Source of the DNA: Lama glama
Taxonomy: Eukaryota
Reading direction: 5' to 3'
Assembly: GCA_028534125.1 (NCBI GenBank)
Contig: CM052816.1
Coordinates: forward strand, 99,016,001-99,080,000
Length of the DNA stretch: 64,000 bases
Part shown: positions 49,921-63,838 of the stretch, piece by piece
Layout of the letters: each line of letters begins with the position of its first letter
How positions within the stretch are numbered: the first letter of the stretch is position 1
Program-made: the position numbers and the translations under genes
Notes under the pieces: generated by a model
Told to the model about the DNA's origin: nothing
Database searches by the model: none
What the model saw: only the letters and a program-made list of their open reading frames with translations

Positions 49921-50924
49921 CGCTCGGACTTGAGACTGACGACGGTGGATCCATCTGTAGGGGAAGTGCCGGGGGTTCCGTGATGGGTCGGCAGGAGTTT
50001 GCATCTTAACTGCCTCCTCTTTAGAGCCATTTGATTTTTGAAAACATTCATATATTACTTATTCAAAAGAAATCACTAATAAGAAAAAGGAAAGGCACAA
50101 ATGTCCCGCCCTGCTCTTTCAGCACCTGTTACGACTCCTACGCAGAGCACACTTCAGGCTTGCAGAAGGAAGGGCAGAAGAAGGAACCAGAGAATGAGGG
50201 GGTGCAGGTTTGGAAGAGGCAGGGCCACCAGTGGGGCTCAAGGTGAGTGATAAGAGACGCTTTGCCATGTGGATTGTTTGCTGAGGAGAAGGCACCCCTT
50301 AGGGAGCTCTAACCGGTGGGAGGGAAGCGGGGAGCCCTGGGTTAGAACTCAGAGAGACTAATTAGCTAAATAATTGGCTGAATGGCCCTTGTGCACTCTC
50401 CTGGGCAAGCTCTATGAGGGATGGGGAAACAGAGACTAGAGAAGCGAAGTGATTTCTTGGATGTGCTGGGTGGTTGGAGGCCTCCATGCTCCCAAGTCCA
50501 TCCCACTGCCTGTCTGTTCCCTCTGTCTGTCTCTTTCCATTTGGCAAGTCTGTGTCCTGATTCTGAGCATCAGTAAAATGAAGCAGGGGAGCTTTACTGC
50601 CCGCAGTCACATCACCCACTGCGTGACTCCTTCTCACCTTGACTGTGCTATGCTGTGGTCAGACCCTGAGGACTGGCTCTTCTGATGGAAGCTGAAGTAC
50701 TAACTCTAAAGATAACAGCAACCAGGGTGAGGGGACAACTTCCTGTAGATGTGCTCCCAGTGTGCTGACCTCGCTGCGTGGGGCAAAGCAGGAAAACTGG
50801 CGGTCCTGTGTTTCCCTAGAGCAGTCCTCGAGCGCTGTCCAGCACTCCTCCCCACAGCCACGTGCAGGGGAGGCTTGATCCCCGCGAGCAAAGGTAAGCA
50901 CCGCCACTCAAAACCACGCCATCT

Positions 50925-51370
50925 GCAGCAACACGCATGGGCCTGGAGACTGTCATGCTAAGTGAGTTGGTCAGAAAGAGAGAGAAAAATACCATTTGAT
51001 GTCTCATATATGTGGAATCTAAAAAAATAGTACAAGTGGATTTGTTTACAAAACAGGAACAACAAACTCACAGATGTAGAAAACAAACTTATGGTTACCA
51101 GGGAAAAGACAGGGATAGAGGGATAAATCGGGAGTTTGGGATTTGCAGATATGAGCTACCAAATATGAAATAGATAAACAACAAGGTCCTACTGTTCAGC
51201 ACAGGGAACAATATTCAATACCTTGTAACAGCCTAGAATGAAAAAAATATGAAAAGGAATATATATATATATAAATGAATCACTATGCTGTGCACCAGAA
51301 ACTGACGCAACATTGTAAACCACCTAGACTTCAATTAAAAAAACAAAAAAGCAAACAACAGCAACAAAAA
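50925..51370 (+). mobile_element. L1 3' end
   Basis: 'gcagcaacacgcatgggcctggagactgtcatgctaagtgag...acaaacttatggttaccagg...cagcacagggaacaatattcaatacc' plus an A-rich tail. Confidence 0.9.
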
Positions 51371-52724
51371 CTGGCCATGTGGGGAGAAGTGGAGAAAGGC
51401 AGAGATGTTTAGTTTTTGGCAGGAAATCTGCAAGTTTTCTAAGCATCTGGCAGTATGACTGAAAACATTTCTCGCATCTTGCTGGCTTATCAAAGCCTTC
51501 CATTTGGCATCCAAAGCCTGTGCAAGTCAGGACAGAGCTGCTTCTCGCTTTTGCACCAGGAGAGATTAATTTTCTCCTACTGCTGCTCTCAGGGTCCTGC
51601 GGGAGCCCCATCGTCTGTTATCACACCTGAGGTCCCTCTGCAAGCACGAGTTCCCGGGGTTCAAGTCAAGGGGAAAGGGCCATAGCAGTCAGGGTGATTG
51701 TGGTGGCAAGTCTAAAGATCACCTCCGCTGGTGAGCACACAAAGGCAAAAGCAGTTATCACGCAGAGAGGGACCTGGGCTCAGCACCACGAAGGCACAAA
51801 TAAGCCGGGTCACGGCCAGCATTCCTGCTCCCTTCCTTTCCGGGGTCTGGTGGCTTCCGTGGGGCTTACTCCCAGGAAGGATCCCATTGCTCCAGGCTCA
51901 CCTCCCATCACTTAGCCAGCCCCCATCGAAAAGCGCACCTCTTTCCCAAACAAAATCCCCGGGTTGCAGAGCCATTGACCGAGTGCTGTCACGTGGCCCC
52001 TCTGACAAGTCACTGTGACCAGGACATGGAGGGACGTCCTTGGCCAATACCCAGGCTCGTTCCCTCCTCTTGAGGTGCTGGCTGGGTTTACCTTCCCCAA
52101 ACCGCTGATTGAGAGGAAGGGGAATGTGGCTCCCAAGAGAACATCAGGCAAAAACAAACAAATAAACAAACAAACACAACATCCTAAATCCCTTGGAGGA
52201 GAAGGCTGGCACCCCCCCCCGCCCCCATCCTGTCCAGCCCTCAGCCCTCCTGAGATCCAGGCCTCTTCCTCATGGGCAGGGCCCCTCTGTTCAGGCTCCG
52301 GCCCCACGCGGTACTTTTGCTGCTTTGCGTTTCCTTGTTAAGAGAAAGATGATAAATGGGACTGGTTCCTGGGACGACGCAGGGCATGGGGTGGTTCCAC
52401 GAAGCTGCAGTGCACAGTCTGAAAACTGTTGCCCCTACAAAGTGGAACTACTTTTTCTTAATCCCATTCTGAAAAGTGTGCCTTCACTGGCACAACCAGG
52501 CTGCAAGGCTAAAACACCACTGGGGGGTTCAGAAATACCCTTTTAATGACTTAACTATTGAATGCGTGCATTCACTTTTTTGGTTGTTTTTCATTTTCTT
52601 CAACAAATAATTCACGTGAAATCTCTCAAATTGTGAGAAATCGTTGAAGGTGGGTGCATCCATTTGAGACGTACAGGTGGATGGTACCGTTTAAAGTCAC
52701 CCAAGTCCCAAATGTTAACGTACA

Positions 52725-53022
52725 TAGATCACTGAACTACCTATATGTAAACATAGAAGACAAACAGTGGTTAAGGGATGGGGAGTGGGAAGGGATAGAT
52801 TAGGAGTTTGAGATTGGCAGACACACACTACTGTATATAAAACAGATAAACAACAAGGACCCACCCTATAGCACAGGAAACTATATTCAATTTCTTGTCA
52901 TGAAAAAGAATCTGGAAAAAAAAAAGTATGTATGTGCATAGCTGAATCGCTTTGCTGTACACCTGAAGCTAACATTGCTAATCAACTACACTTCAATAAA
53001 AAATAAGAATTAAATAAAAAAA
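52725..53022 (+). mobile_element. L1 3' end
   Basis: 'aggagtttgagattggcagacacacact...atagcacaggaaactatattcaa...ctgtacacctgaagctaac' plus an A tail. Confidence 0.88.
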
Positions 53023-56000
53023 GATGGAATAACAACAGAGGAAAACATGCCAAATGACTGTTTTGTTTGATTAAACCATGATTATTAATAGGCCGTCACA
53101 TTCATTTACAGCGGCAGGAACTGCATTTCCCGACACCAAAGTGGTCAGTGATGTTATGTGAGACAGTCTCCAGCCTGGAAAGGAGGGGGAAAAAAACCAA
53201 CCGGGTAAGTCGGGGCATTAAGGTTCGGGGGTGGGGAATCTGCACAAACCACTTGAACACCCTCATTATCATGGCCATTGCTACCCCAGGCCACTGGAGG
53301 CTTGATAATTTAGCCGGCATTATGCAGTTTGAAGTGTTTCATGTTCTGCATGGAGGCAGGCTGCAATTCAAATATCAGTGGCCGTGAAAAATATGCACAT
53401 ACGTTTAGGAGGAAAATCTCCAAGGGGACAACAGAGGAGATGGGCATATGTCGCCACTGTGTGATGGAGAGTTTCCGTGAATTAATCATCTGGACACAGT
53501 TTATCACCATTTTTTCATTTTGCCAGAAACACTCCCCCCTCATTGGTGAGAGCAGCTGATTAGCGCGCACGTCCTGGAAAGATAATAAGGCGACGGCCTC
53601 TGATGCTCTGGATGCAACAGGGTCTGCAGGCTGTGTTCTGACACAGACGACTTTCCCGTCGACAGGCTGTCGGGTAGCCAGGGTAATTGCTTATTTCATC
53701 CAGTTAGGGGAATTGTGCCCCTTCCTACCAGCTACTTTATTACATCAATTACTGCAAACCATCGTCTTGTATAATTTATGGGCAAGAATCCAGTTTCACT
53801 GAGATCATCTTTAAAATGTAAGACACCCTTTGTTCGCATGCTTCCAAATATTACAATTTTTATCACATGTTCCAGGAACTGGGGATGCTTCGCTTTCCAT
53901 GTGAATTTAAACACCTGGCTGGACACGTAGCCTGTGTGATGTGCTTGTTTAATTCGAGGGTTGAAGTGGGGGTTGTCTCACTTCCCCGATAAGGTATTTC
54001 TGAGCGAAATACCTAATCTTTAAAGTGCAGTTAACATAAATGGCAATTTTTAGAAATGAATTCCTAATGCCTTAAAAGCCGAGGGTGAACTCGCCTGTGA
54101 GAATTCTGGCCGCAGCCATGCCATTTGGCTGTTGTTTTGCTTTAGAAGTACTGAGATGTGCTGCTATGGTGCGCGGTGTAAGTGTAAACCAGAGCAATTG
54201 CTTTTGACACTTAAAAAGGATTTTATTGACAGTTGGAAACACGTCGGGGATTTGAAAAGAGTGCTTTTCCATCTGTAATACTTGGTGTGATCAAAGATCG
54301 CTCAGCAGCCCCAGATTAGTGGAAATGAGGCTGCAGTGCGTGTTCGCCTCTCCACACGGGATGAGGGCTTGGTTTTGATTCACGCTAATCCCCATCACAA
54401 TCTGAGTGGAATTTACGGTAATGTGGATCTACTTCTCAGGGCTCCTGCCAACGTATTTCTAAAGTCCTAAAGTAGATGATAATATAGCAATATTTAAAAT
54501 GTCCCTTTATAGTCAAATCTTACTTTCCCACTCTCCATTCATACATCGGTTTAATGTTTCCAACACATCACGTTTAACTCTCTGCAGTTCCTATGTGCAT
54601 TTACAAACGTGCGCGTTACAGACGGAGGCATTTTAGGCCCTAGGGACCAGTCTGCTTCAGTTCTCCCTGAGCAACGGCTAGCAAGGTGATGTGAGAAATT
54701 ATGAGGGTGCTGACACAACTGGAAAGTGATAGATACTGGTCTCAGAAGACCTGGCATCATTTATGCTTGCTTCCTTCCTTCCTTCTGACTGTCAATTATA
54801 TTTACATGTAAATGTGAATTTACTTATAAAACACCAAGCACGTGCCTTTTACCTGCTCTGAGACCCTGGGCTATCTCACCCTCACTTTCTGCTTCTGTTA
54901 AAGGAGAATAACCATAGCTCACTCACAGCGTTTAAGGGAGAGTCACAGAGCACACGAGGAGCAGAAGTGCTAAATGCACGCGCTTGTGTTCAGAGGCAGC
55001 GTGGAAACCACAGGACAAAGGGACCAGGGACACTGGGAGCCATGGTCACCCGGGGTCAAGGGAGCAGAGGGGTTGTCCCTTACACCGGACAGAAACGACA
55101 CATGAGCCACCGAAGTGGACCAAACGCTGGCCTGAGGACAGTCTCGCGCTGGACAGGGGACTCACAGGAGAGGAGCATTTTGGGGAAGGTGGGGAGGAAA
55201 CCATGCAGCTTTAAAGGGGGCCAGGCCCCAACCCCGTCAGCTCACTTCTGTGTGGCATTCCTTGTCCAGATCAGCATCAAATTGCCCCAACCTGATCCCC
55301 ACATGCCTCTGTGGTCTGACACCTATCTCTGCCCCCCAGTCTACACTGAAACCTTAGTGCCAACTGTAGGTACAAGCTGTGGTCGCAGTAGCAGCCTGTG
55401 TCCTCCCTCAAAGACGTCTCCATCAAGCATGGTCATCACCCCGAACCTACAGGTCGAATTGGTTTGTTCAAGAACTGCGTGCGAGCTACATACATGTATT
55501 TATACATTCATTTTTCATATAGTTATTTATTTTGTTTTATATGTATTGTATTTTGATATCTCTTTCTGTATATTTATTTGCTTATTTTGTTACATATATT
55601 TACTGTGTTACGGATAGCTAGATATCCCAGTCTCTCTCTCTACATATGTATGTTTTTGTCTATGTATTTGTTTGTTTGCTTATTTATCTGTGTATTTAGT
55701 TTTGTTATAAAGAAGACTTCCTTAAAATGTTTCTGAAAGCCCATGGGGGAAAAGGAGTAGGAAAAAAAGTGAATGAAAAATAAACAAATGAAAATCCCAC
55801 ATCTCCTGGTCTCTGTCTTTAATGTAAATAAACGCATCATCAAACTCAATGTTTCTGTGTAACAAGCTTGTCTTCAAGCGTCTGTCTTTTCAAAGACCAG
55901 GTTTTGCTAAAGCTTCTGAACTGTTTTCTAACGTAAAACACAAACAAATCCAGCTAAAGAAAAGTATTAGCTTTAAAGAAGAATGTTTCGAAAAGGCTGA

Positions 56001-57476
56001 AAACTCCACACACACCCCCTTCTTCTAGAATCCCCATTGAGGAAAGTGGTCCCTGTTCTAACACCTCATCTCTTCCGACCTAGAGCCTCACCAGCAGAGG
56101 CAGGGGCCCTGGCTGGAGAGACATCTCAGAGGACCAGGCAGCACCCAGGGAAAGAGTCTCCAGATGGAGCCCTGATCATACTCGGCTTCTAGCTGCATGT
56201 CTTTCGAATGGACTTTCCCAGTGGAGCTGAGGGTCACAGGGCCAGTACGAGGCCCTGCTTTCTCTCCTGGTCATCTTTCTTGAACTCACAACCAAAGTGC
56301 TCCTCAACATCCCTTCTTTCATGTTTGGAATTATAATCACAACACATCACGGCAAGGAGTATTTTCTCCAGGTCTAAAGACACACACACACGCACACACA
56401 CACATATTTGTACCCACATGTGCACACACAGATACCTCAAGCTTCACACCAGTGGATTTCTGTCACAAGGCACTGTCATAAAGATATTTTTCTGAAGGAT
56501 GGGAAAGGGACCCACACCTGCCCAGGGAAAGCCCTTTCTTCAGGGAAATGGATTTCAGAAGTTCCTGTTCCAGCAACGGAGTGAAGTGATTTTCCTTGAG
56601 GGGATAAAGGAAGTACAATAGATTTTATCTTCCAACTATGATAGAATTGTGTAAATAAGCTTTTGTTGCTTTTTAATTATTTAACAATTTTAGTTAGCTA
56701 CCTTTGGTCTACTTTTAATCTTGTTATGATCCTGTCAGAGAAAATGAGATTACTGTAGAAATAAGAGAAGAAAAAGGGAAGGAAGGAGGCAAGGGGGGAA
56801 AGAAGAAACGGTGGCAGGGAGGGAGAGGAGGAGGACATTCTTCCTGGAGGGAGGGGTGTCAGTCTGTGCACAATGGGCTTAAACAAGTAGGGATCTGATT
56901 TGCAGTGGACTTGGTTCGAGTGTTGGTGTTATTGCCATGGTGAGCGGGTGACCCCAGAAGACCTTCCTACAACCAGCTAGCCAGGATCTCACACAGAGCA
57001 GCAGAAAGCAGCACTGCCTGGGGTCAAACATGAGAGGGGGACTCGGAAGACTGACTTCAGTCTCCAGCCCTGATACGATTACTGTTCTGTGCTAACTTCC
57101 CTGATGCTACCTTGTAAAACAAAGAAACAAGGAAATGGAGATGAAATGGTACACGCTGCCAATGTCCGCCTTCCCATTTATTTCTCAGGATGAATTGTAC
57201 GACTGTGGGGCACCTCATCCCAATCCCCGAGCAGCTGTTTGTAAGGTGGGATTTCCATCATCACCCAGAACACACAGCCCCCTCCCCTCTCTTGTGGACT
57301 TTCCTTTAGGACCTGAACTGCTGCAGCCTTCGGCAAACACAATGCCTGTGTGTTTGTAGTTGTAGCAAATCACGGTAATGTGCAAGGACCCTCAAGAGTC
57401 GCTGTGCCCAACAACTGCACTAAGATGACACTCTTTAGCAAAATGGTTTTCAGATAAACCACATAGAAGATGGCCA

Positions 57477-58065
57477 TTGTTTAAATTGAAGTGTAGTCAG
57501 TTTACAATGTTGCATCAGTTTCTGGTGCACAGCATAATGCTGAGGGTACACATATTCCTTTTCCATACAGTTTTTCATTAGAGCTTACGACAAGATATTG
57601 AATATAGGTCCCTGTGCTCTAGAGAAGAAACTTGTTGTGTATCTATTTTATATGTAGTTATTAATATTTGCAAATATCAAACTCCCAATTTATCCCTTCC
57701 CACCCATTTTCCCCTCAGTAACCTTAAGTTTGTTTGCTATGTCTGTGAGTCTGTTTTTCTTGTTTTTTTTTGTTTTTGTAGATAAGTTCATTGATGTCTT
57801 TTTTTTTTTTTAGATTCCCCATATAAGTGATTTCATATGGTATTTTTCTTTCTCTCTCTGGCTCACTTCACTTAGAATGACAATTTCCAGGTCCATCCAT
57901 GTTATTGCAAATGGCATTATTTTATTCTTTTTAATGGCTGAGTAGTATTCCATTGTATAAATATACCACAGCTCTTCTTTATCCAGTCATCTGTCAATGG
58001 ACATGAAGGTAGTCCCCATGTTTTGGCTATTGTATACAGTGCTGCAATGAACACCGGGATACATG
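57477..58065 (-). mobile_element. 5'-truncated L1 3' end with TSD
   Basis: Antisense L1 3' UTR; TSD tagaagatg(g/a)cca at 57464-57476 and 58066-58078. Confidence 0.9.
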
Positions 58066-60383
58066 TAGAAGATGACCACTTTTAAATGCTGTGACTTGCT
58101 TCAGAACTCACAAAATAAAGAACATTTCTATTCCCACAACCTTGACAAGATACAAACCTGGAGGCAATGTCTTCCCTTCAAAAGGTCAAGCATATAAAGA
58201 GGCAACAACTGCAAACTTTAGGAAGTCATGCAGGGGATGTATGTTCCATGTGTGTAATGATGGTTTCAGATGGTAGTTTAATTTTTGCACATGTAACTGT
58301 CAAAGCTATTTGGCAAATGAAATGTAACAAAGGAGAGAAGATGGGTGGACATGAGAATACTGAGCACCCAGTTAGCAAGCTCACCTGTGTCACTGAGACA
58401 CAAGCTTTAACTCTGTGCTGACCATCACTTGGCACTAGCTGAGCAACTTTTATTTTAATAACATTAAATATGCTTGAGTTTGTAAATACCACAGAAAGGT
58501 AATCAGGCAACTTGTGGGAGTGCAAAAAAAAGTAAAATATTATCTTTTTTCAGAGGTAAATGATGTCACTATGAAAGATTTGGTAACTACTGTTAATGCC
58601 TTTATTGTCTGTTGCACAAGGTATTAATAAAGATGACCCATCCATGTGAGTTTGCTGAGTAACCACTTATTTAAAAATTATAGCATGCTTTGGTACAAGT
58701 AAGGATGCATTCATTCAGTACATTTATCCTCAAAAAAGGAGATTGAATTTGTTCCCAGGGAATATTTATCTGACAGAAGAAATGTTAACTGTTTGAAGAG
58801 GAATACTATATTTAAATTAGAACCATTAGAAATGAAATTAAAGACATAACAAGCCTGTGTCATTGCTGAGAAACATTAAAATGCCCAGAAAGATGACGCC
58901 GTGCTGGGGACATTTCAGAAGCACTAACTCTAGCATCCATTCTCTCTCATGCCCTCAGTCTAACACTGGGCCCCCTTGTTCAACAAATCAGCTCTCCAAG
59001 AGACTACCAGCCACAGAGGGGTCTTTTCCGAAAACATAACATAGCCCATGATTCACTAGATCTTTGAGGACATTAAGGAGAAGAAAACACAGTTCTCAGA
59101 TGTTGCTCTCAGAGCCACAGGACACACTTAGCCTGTTTGGAAGCCTGTCTCTTTCTGGAGATGAGGAGCTGTGAGGGACACACAGAGTGGATGTGATGGT
59201 CAGCTCACATAGGATCAGATCCTTTAGCTGACCCTAGGGCCCTAGCGACAGGCCTCAGCAGTGTTGCACGTTGCCTGCCGCTGTCTGACAAACCAAATGT
59301 GACATAAAGAAGAGAAGGAGGAAGAGGAGAACTCATCAGAGCATAAGCGTGGAGACCCAGCTGCAATTAGGGACTTGTGAGCCTACACCGTTCTGGGCAT
59401 ATTCCAAGATCATGGCTTGGGACCCTTGCAGGGGGCACTACTTATCGGTGAAGACAGACCAGGCTAACAGAGATAAAACTGTACGAAAAGCTGGGTAGAC
59501 ACTTGGTGGACTCTAACTCCTTGCCAGTGAGCCTTGCCCCTGGATGCTCTAAAAGCACACGGACAGTTCTGGACTAGAGAAAAATGTCCAGCAGGTTAGA
59601 GGACCCAGGGATTTTCTTCACAGAAGAAATAATTTTTTAAAGAAATGTCATGGCTTTTGAGGTTGACTTAGAAGAGAAAGCCCAGTTAAACGGCAAGGGG
59701 AAATGAGGAATTTTTTAAAAAATTTTATTTTATTGAGCTATAGTCAGTTTACAATCACAGTATCAAAAATATTACGGCATTTCTAAGGGCCAACACCATA
59801 CGTAACTGTGGCTTTCGGGCATGGAGATAAATTCCAAGTACATTTTGCTGTAGTTCTCTTTCACAAAGTGAACAACTGGGGTTTTCATAATAGTTTTAGC
59901 ACACTGATTCTGGATTACACAAAGCTGTTCTCAAGTGAGCTTTTCAAATTTAATTTCTCTTTCCAAAAAAAAAAAAAAAACAACTTGAAATTGCCATCCT
60001 GGAACTGCAGTGAGAGAAAGCTAATGGACTTTCTCACCATTGAAACATCCATTTAATTGGTGACAATTATGAAAAAATATTAAAGTATCTGGAAATTGTT
60101 ATAAAGGTATACAGCAAATGGAGAAACACTTATTTAAGAAAATCTACATCTCAATAGAAACAGTGAGTCTGTGGCAGTTGAGCCATGACCCTCTCCTGTC
60201 TTCCTTTCCATCTTGGTGTAATGGAAGCTATACTCCAGGTGTTTATGGCCAAGAAAACGGGGCTAACTTTCCCAGTCTGGAATCCAGTCTAGAGCTGTGG
60301 TTTCTTTTGAAGGAAGGGAACCATTCTCATATCTCATTCTGTGCTGCTTCATGACGTAGAAGCTGTGTATTAAGAAGGTACAG

Positions 60384-60525
60384 GGTTGGAGGAGGGTATA
60401 GCTCAGTGGTAGAGACTGTGCTTAGCGTGCATGAGGTCCTGGGTTCAATCTCCAGTCCCTCCATTAAATAAATAAATGAGTAAATAAATGAACCTAACCA
60501 CTTCCCTTTCCTCCCCCGACAAGAA
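60384..60525 (+). mobile_element. tRNA-derived SINE (camelid Vic-1-like)
   Basis: GGAGGGTATAGCTCAGTGGTAGAG...GGGTTCAATCTCCAG plus (TAAA)n tail; ggtacag repeated at 60377-60383 and 60529-60535. Confidence 0.9.
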
Positions 60526-60599
60526 ATGGGTACAGCCTATTGGACTGGAGGGTCTTTCCTCTAACCAGCCTCAACCTTGATACAGAATGTCAGGAATTC

Positions 60600-62240
60600 T
60601 GGCCTCTGACCCCTTAACCCAGGTTCAGTGCTAGGATAAGCAAACCAAGAGGCCAAGGCTACTGTTCCTGCCCAGCCCTCATCCTGTTTAGCAGGAAGTC
60701 CACTCTGGAGAGGGTGGACAACTGTCTCTGTCCACAGCCCCAGTGCAATGATGTAGAGATTCTGTGGAGAAGGTAAGAAGGCCGTAAGAAAAGAAAGCTT
60801 TATAAGCTCTCTGTAAATGGAATGACTTCATTTGCACTTGGAACAGACTCTGGGGAAGTTCATGCCTAAAGGTTTTATTGAAAACAATAGAGATCTTGGC
60901 AGTGAACTGTTGAGGCATCAGTAGCAACAGGAAAAAAAAGTCAACCAATAGAAGTTTAAGAGAGAGAGCAAGGGATGAGGTGGCCAAGAAAAACCCCGAG
61001 GGGCTGAGAAAGCATCAAGAATGGGCAACACCCTGCCTTTTAATGGACCTCAGATTTGGGCCGTGGAGCAACTTACGTCACAGGGCATTATTTAAAACAG
61101 CTAGCAGACACGTAGCAATCAGTAGAGGCTAACAGCTTAGTGCGAAGCCAACAGAGGCAGGTGAGGCAGAAGCTTAGTTAAGAGATCGGGGAAAGAGCCA
61201 CTCAGCAGGGCTCAGTTGAAAGCATAGTTATCCTCGGTGGGAAGAAAGACTTGGCATTCATCCAAAGTTGCAAACTCAGGAGCACCACCAGAAAGAGCAG
61301 GCTGTGAAAGAAAGGTACTACTGAATTAGTCCAGCCATCCCCCAGACAAATAAACCAGAAGAAAACAAACAACAGCAACAAAAACAAGCCCTAGGAAGGA
61401 ATCCTTATCCAGAGTTGTGACAATAGATCATATAATATATCTAGTTTTTAATAACAACAAAATATTACAGTCCACGCAAAGAAACACTAAAATGTGATCT
61501 ATACATATCAGAAAAAAAAAAAGAGAGAGAGAGAGAGACAAAGGAGACTGCCTTTGAGAGGGCTCAGGTGTTGGACTTAGGAGACAGACTTCAATAAAGC
61601 TTTGGTGTATATGTTCAAAGAATTAAAGGAAAACAATATTTAAATAATTTAAGTAAGTTATGTTGATATGTCTCAATAAATGGTCATGAGAAGCAAAATC
61701 ACAGTGAAATACTCACTCTGATGAATATGATGAAAAAGACAATAACATGTGTCGGTGAGATGAAGAAATAATAACTTCTGGAATTAAATTGTGAGAATAC
61801 AGAAGAGTGGAGCCACTTATTAAAACAATTTGGTAGTTCCTTAAAATCTTACTCATAGAGTTAATGTATGATCCAGGAATTTGACTTCCAGGATTTACTC
61901 CAGAGAGATAACAACATATGTACACAGGAAACTTGTACTTAAACAGAGTTAGCAGTATTAAATTATCTGACAATGGAAGCAACCCAAGTGTCTATCACCC
62001 GGTGAGTGGATAAACGGAAGTGGTATATGCATACAGTGCAATTTCATTTGACAGCAAAAATATTGACATACGGATACAGCTACACTATGGGTGAAGCTTG
62101 ACAGTATAATGTTCAGTAAAGGAGACCTATTCTGGTGATGGTCACTGATTTTGTGAATACACTAAAAACCATTGAATTATGTACTTTAAATGGGTGACTT
62201 GTACAGTATGTGAATTTTATCTCAATGCAGCTATTTAAAA
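60600..62240 (+). mobile_element. Old L1 (L1MB-like) fragments, 5'/ORF1-like part joined to a 3' end
   Basis: 'atatgttcaaagaattaaaggaaa' (ORF1-like), then 'atggaagcaacccaagtgtctatca...gtactttaaatgggtg...tatctcaat'; the left edge is uncertain. Confidence 0.65.
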
Positions 62241-63399
62241 ATACCTGGGATTTTGTAAGATGTTGAGAGATTTGCTCTATGAATTAGGCCAGTGCACAGC
62301 TTTGGTGTCCAAAACCCAGCCTGTGACCTGGTATTGAGCACTTAATGGATGTGGGTTCATAAATTTACGCTATATGGTGTCAGTCTCTTCTATCTTTTCT
62401 GAGAAATTTTTTCCTCTTATATCTTCCAGTTGTTCTGGTCAACCCTCAGTCGAACCTTCCTGACATGAAGTGTGCCAGAATTGATCTGGTCCACTTACAT
62501 TTCTCTAGTCACAGTGTTCAAATGTGGTCTGTTATCAAACTTGCCAAAAGTGAGATTCGCCATCTCCTAAAGGATCCTTTGGGCTCTGAATCATCTCAGC
62601 ATGAATACAATGTTTCTTGACCACTTGGTGGTCTGTCCAGTTTATGTATGGATTAAAAATCCAATATGATCTGCTGTCCAAGAGAAGTTTTTTTCATTGA
62701 CTGGAGGTTTTAGTCACTGACTCCGTGGTTTTATAACAGAGCTGTTTGTCAATAGTTTGTTTTATACCTACCTCTTCTGCAGGCCACAGCAGAGCTTTGT
62801 TCTTCAAACTGGCCAGAAGAAGTACCCCAATTAACATTCACGCCTCACCTCTTGTAGTTTCTAATTAAACCCCTTGAGTCTACAACCTGTGAATCATTGT
62901 ATGTGTCCTGATTCAAAGATACGTTTCAAGGAGAGCTGTCAGGGGCACAAGGTGGTAGATCTCCAAAACCCTGCAGCCAACAACTCCAGAACCAATACCA
63001 TTGGTGGAACAGGTACATCGTTGGGGACAAAATGTGTGCTGAGTCTTTGCTGAGCACTGTGATGTAAATAAGAGCCTTCACATCTATTATTCTTGATCAA
63101 CTTGCAACTATTGAATAGTGAAGACTTAGCCCAGTTGTTAAGTTTCTGAGATCAGTCCAGTAATTTTTCTGGAATTATGTTGTTATATGTGGTTATTTTT
63201 CCACCTTTTAACTTAAATCCTGAACTTATTCAGACAATTTTTTTTTCTGATTTTCTCAGAAATTCTACCACTCATTTTTTCATCAAACTGATTCCGCTTT
63301 CAGTGGCTGCTGACCACCTGGACTTCATCTCTCTCAATATTATTGTTTCATATAATTTGTATAATAAATTGCACTACTATCATACAAGTAATTTGTAAA

Positions 63400-63838
63400 A
63401 ATACATAATTAGCTATTTATTTTATTTTACCAATACTTCCTTTGATATTAGCACATACCTAAAATCTTTCATCAGACCAGTTTCTGCCACACTAAGTCTT
63501 CAGAACTTCTTGGAATTCACTGTGGTGACACATTCTTAAGCAGATTTCCCTGCTGCAGACACAGTAGTAATAACCACTGATGAAATCCTGAAGAATGTTG
63601 ATGTATTGAAATGTGTTTTGAGAACCACATTTTTTATTTCAAATTTTATTGAAGACATTTTCAAACTCTGTGTTAACCATAAGATTGGTGACAGCTTGAT
63701 GGATGTTGTGCCCTTATAAAAGTTTCTTTATGGGGTTATTAGACATCCCCTCCTTTCGGCCTTTCTCGCGCTTTGTGGTTCTCAGTCTTATGCAAAGGCT
63801 GATTTGATGGTGCAAGCAACTTCACGATCAGTCCTGGA
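63400..63838 (-). other. Candidate terminal exon of a gene lying to the right of the window
   Basis: Acceptor 'ttcaacctttgtttag|' at 63839-63840; phase 0 = SRTDREVACTIKSAFA*, phase 2 = PGLIVKLLAPSNQPLHKTENHKARERPKGGDV*; AATAAA (minus) at 63650-63645, 63638-63633 and 63421-63416. Confidence 0.4.

Noticed and set aside
51093..51108. X-box-like GTTACCAGGGAAA
   Set aside because: Part of the ordinary L1 3' UTR sequence and an incomplete match.
54967..55617. 216-aa plus-strand ORF
   Set aside because: Non-ATG start, overlaps MIR/MER94-like remnants and ends in AT-rich low-complexity sequence; no recognisable domain.
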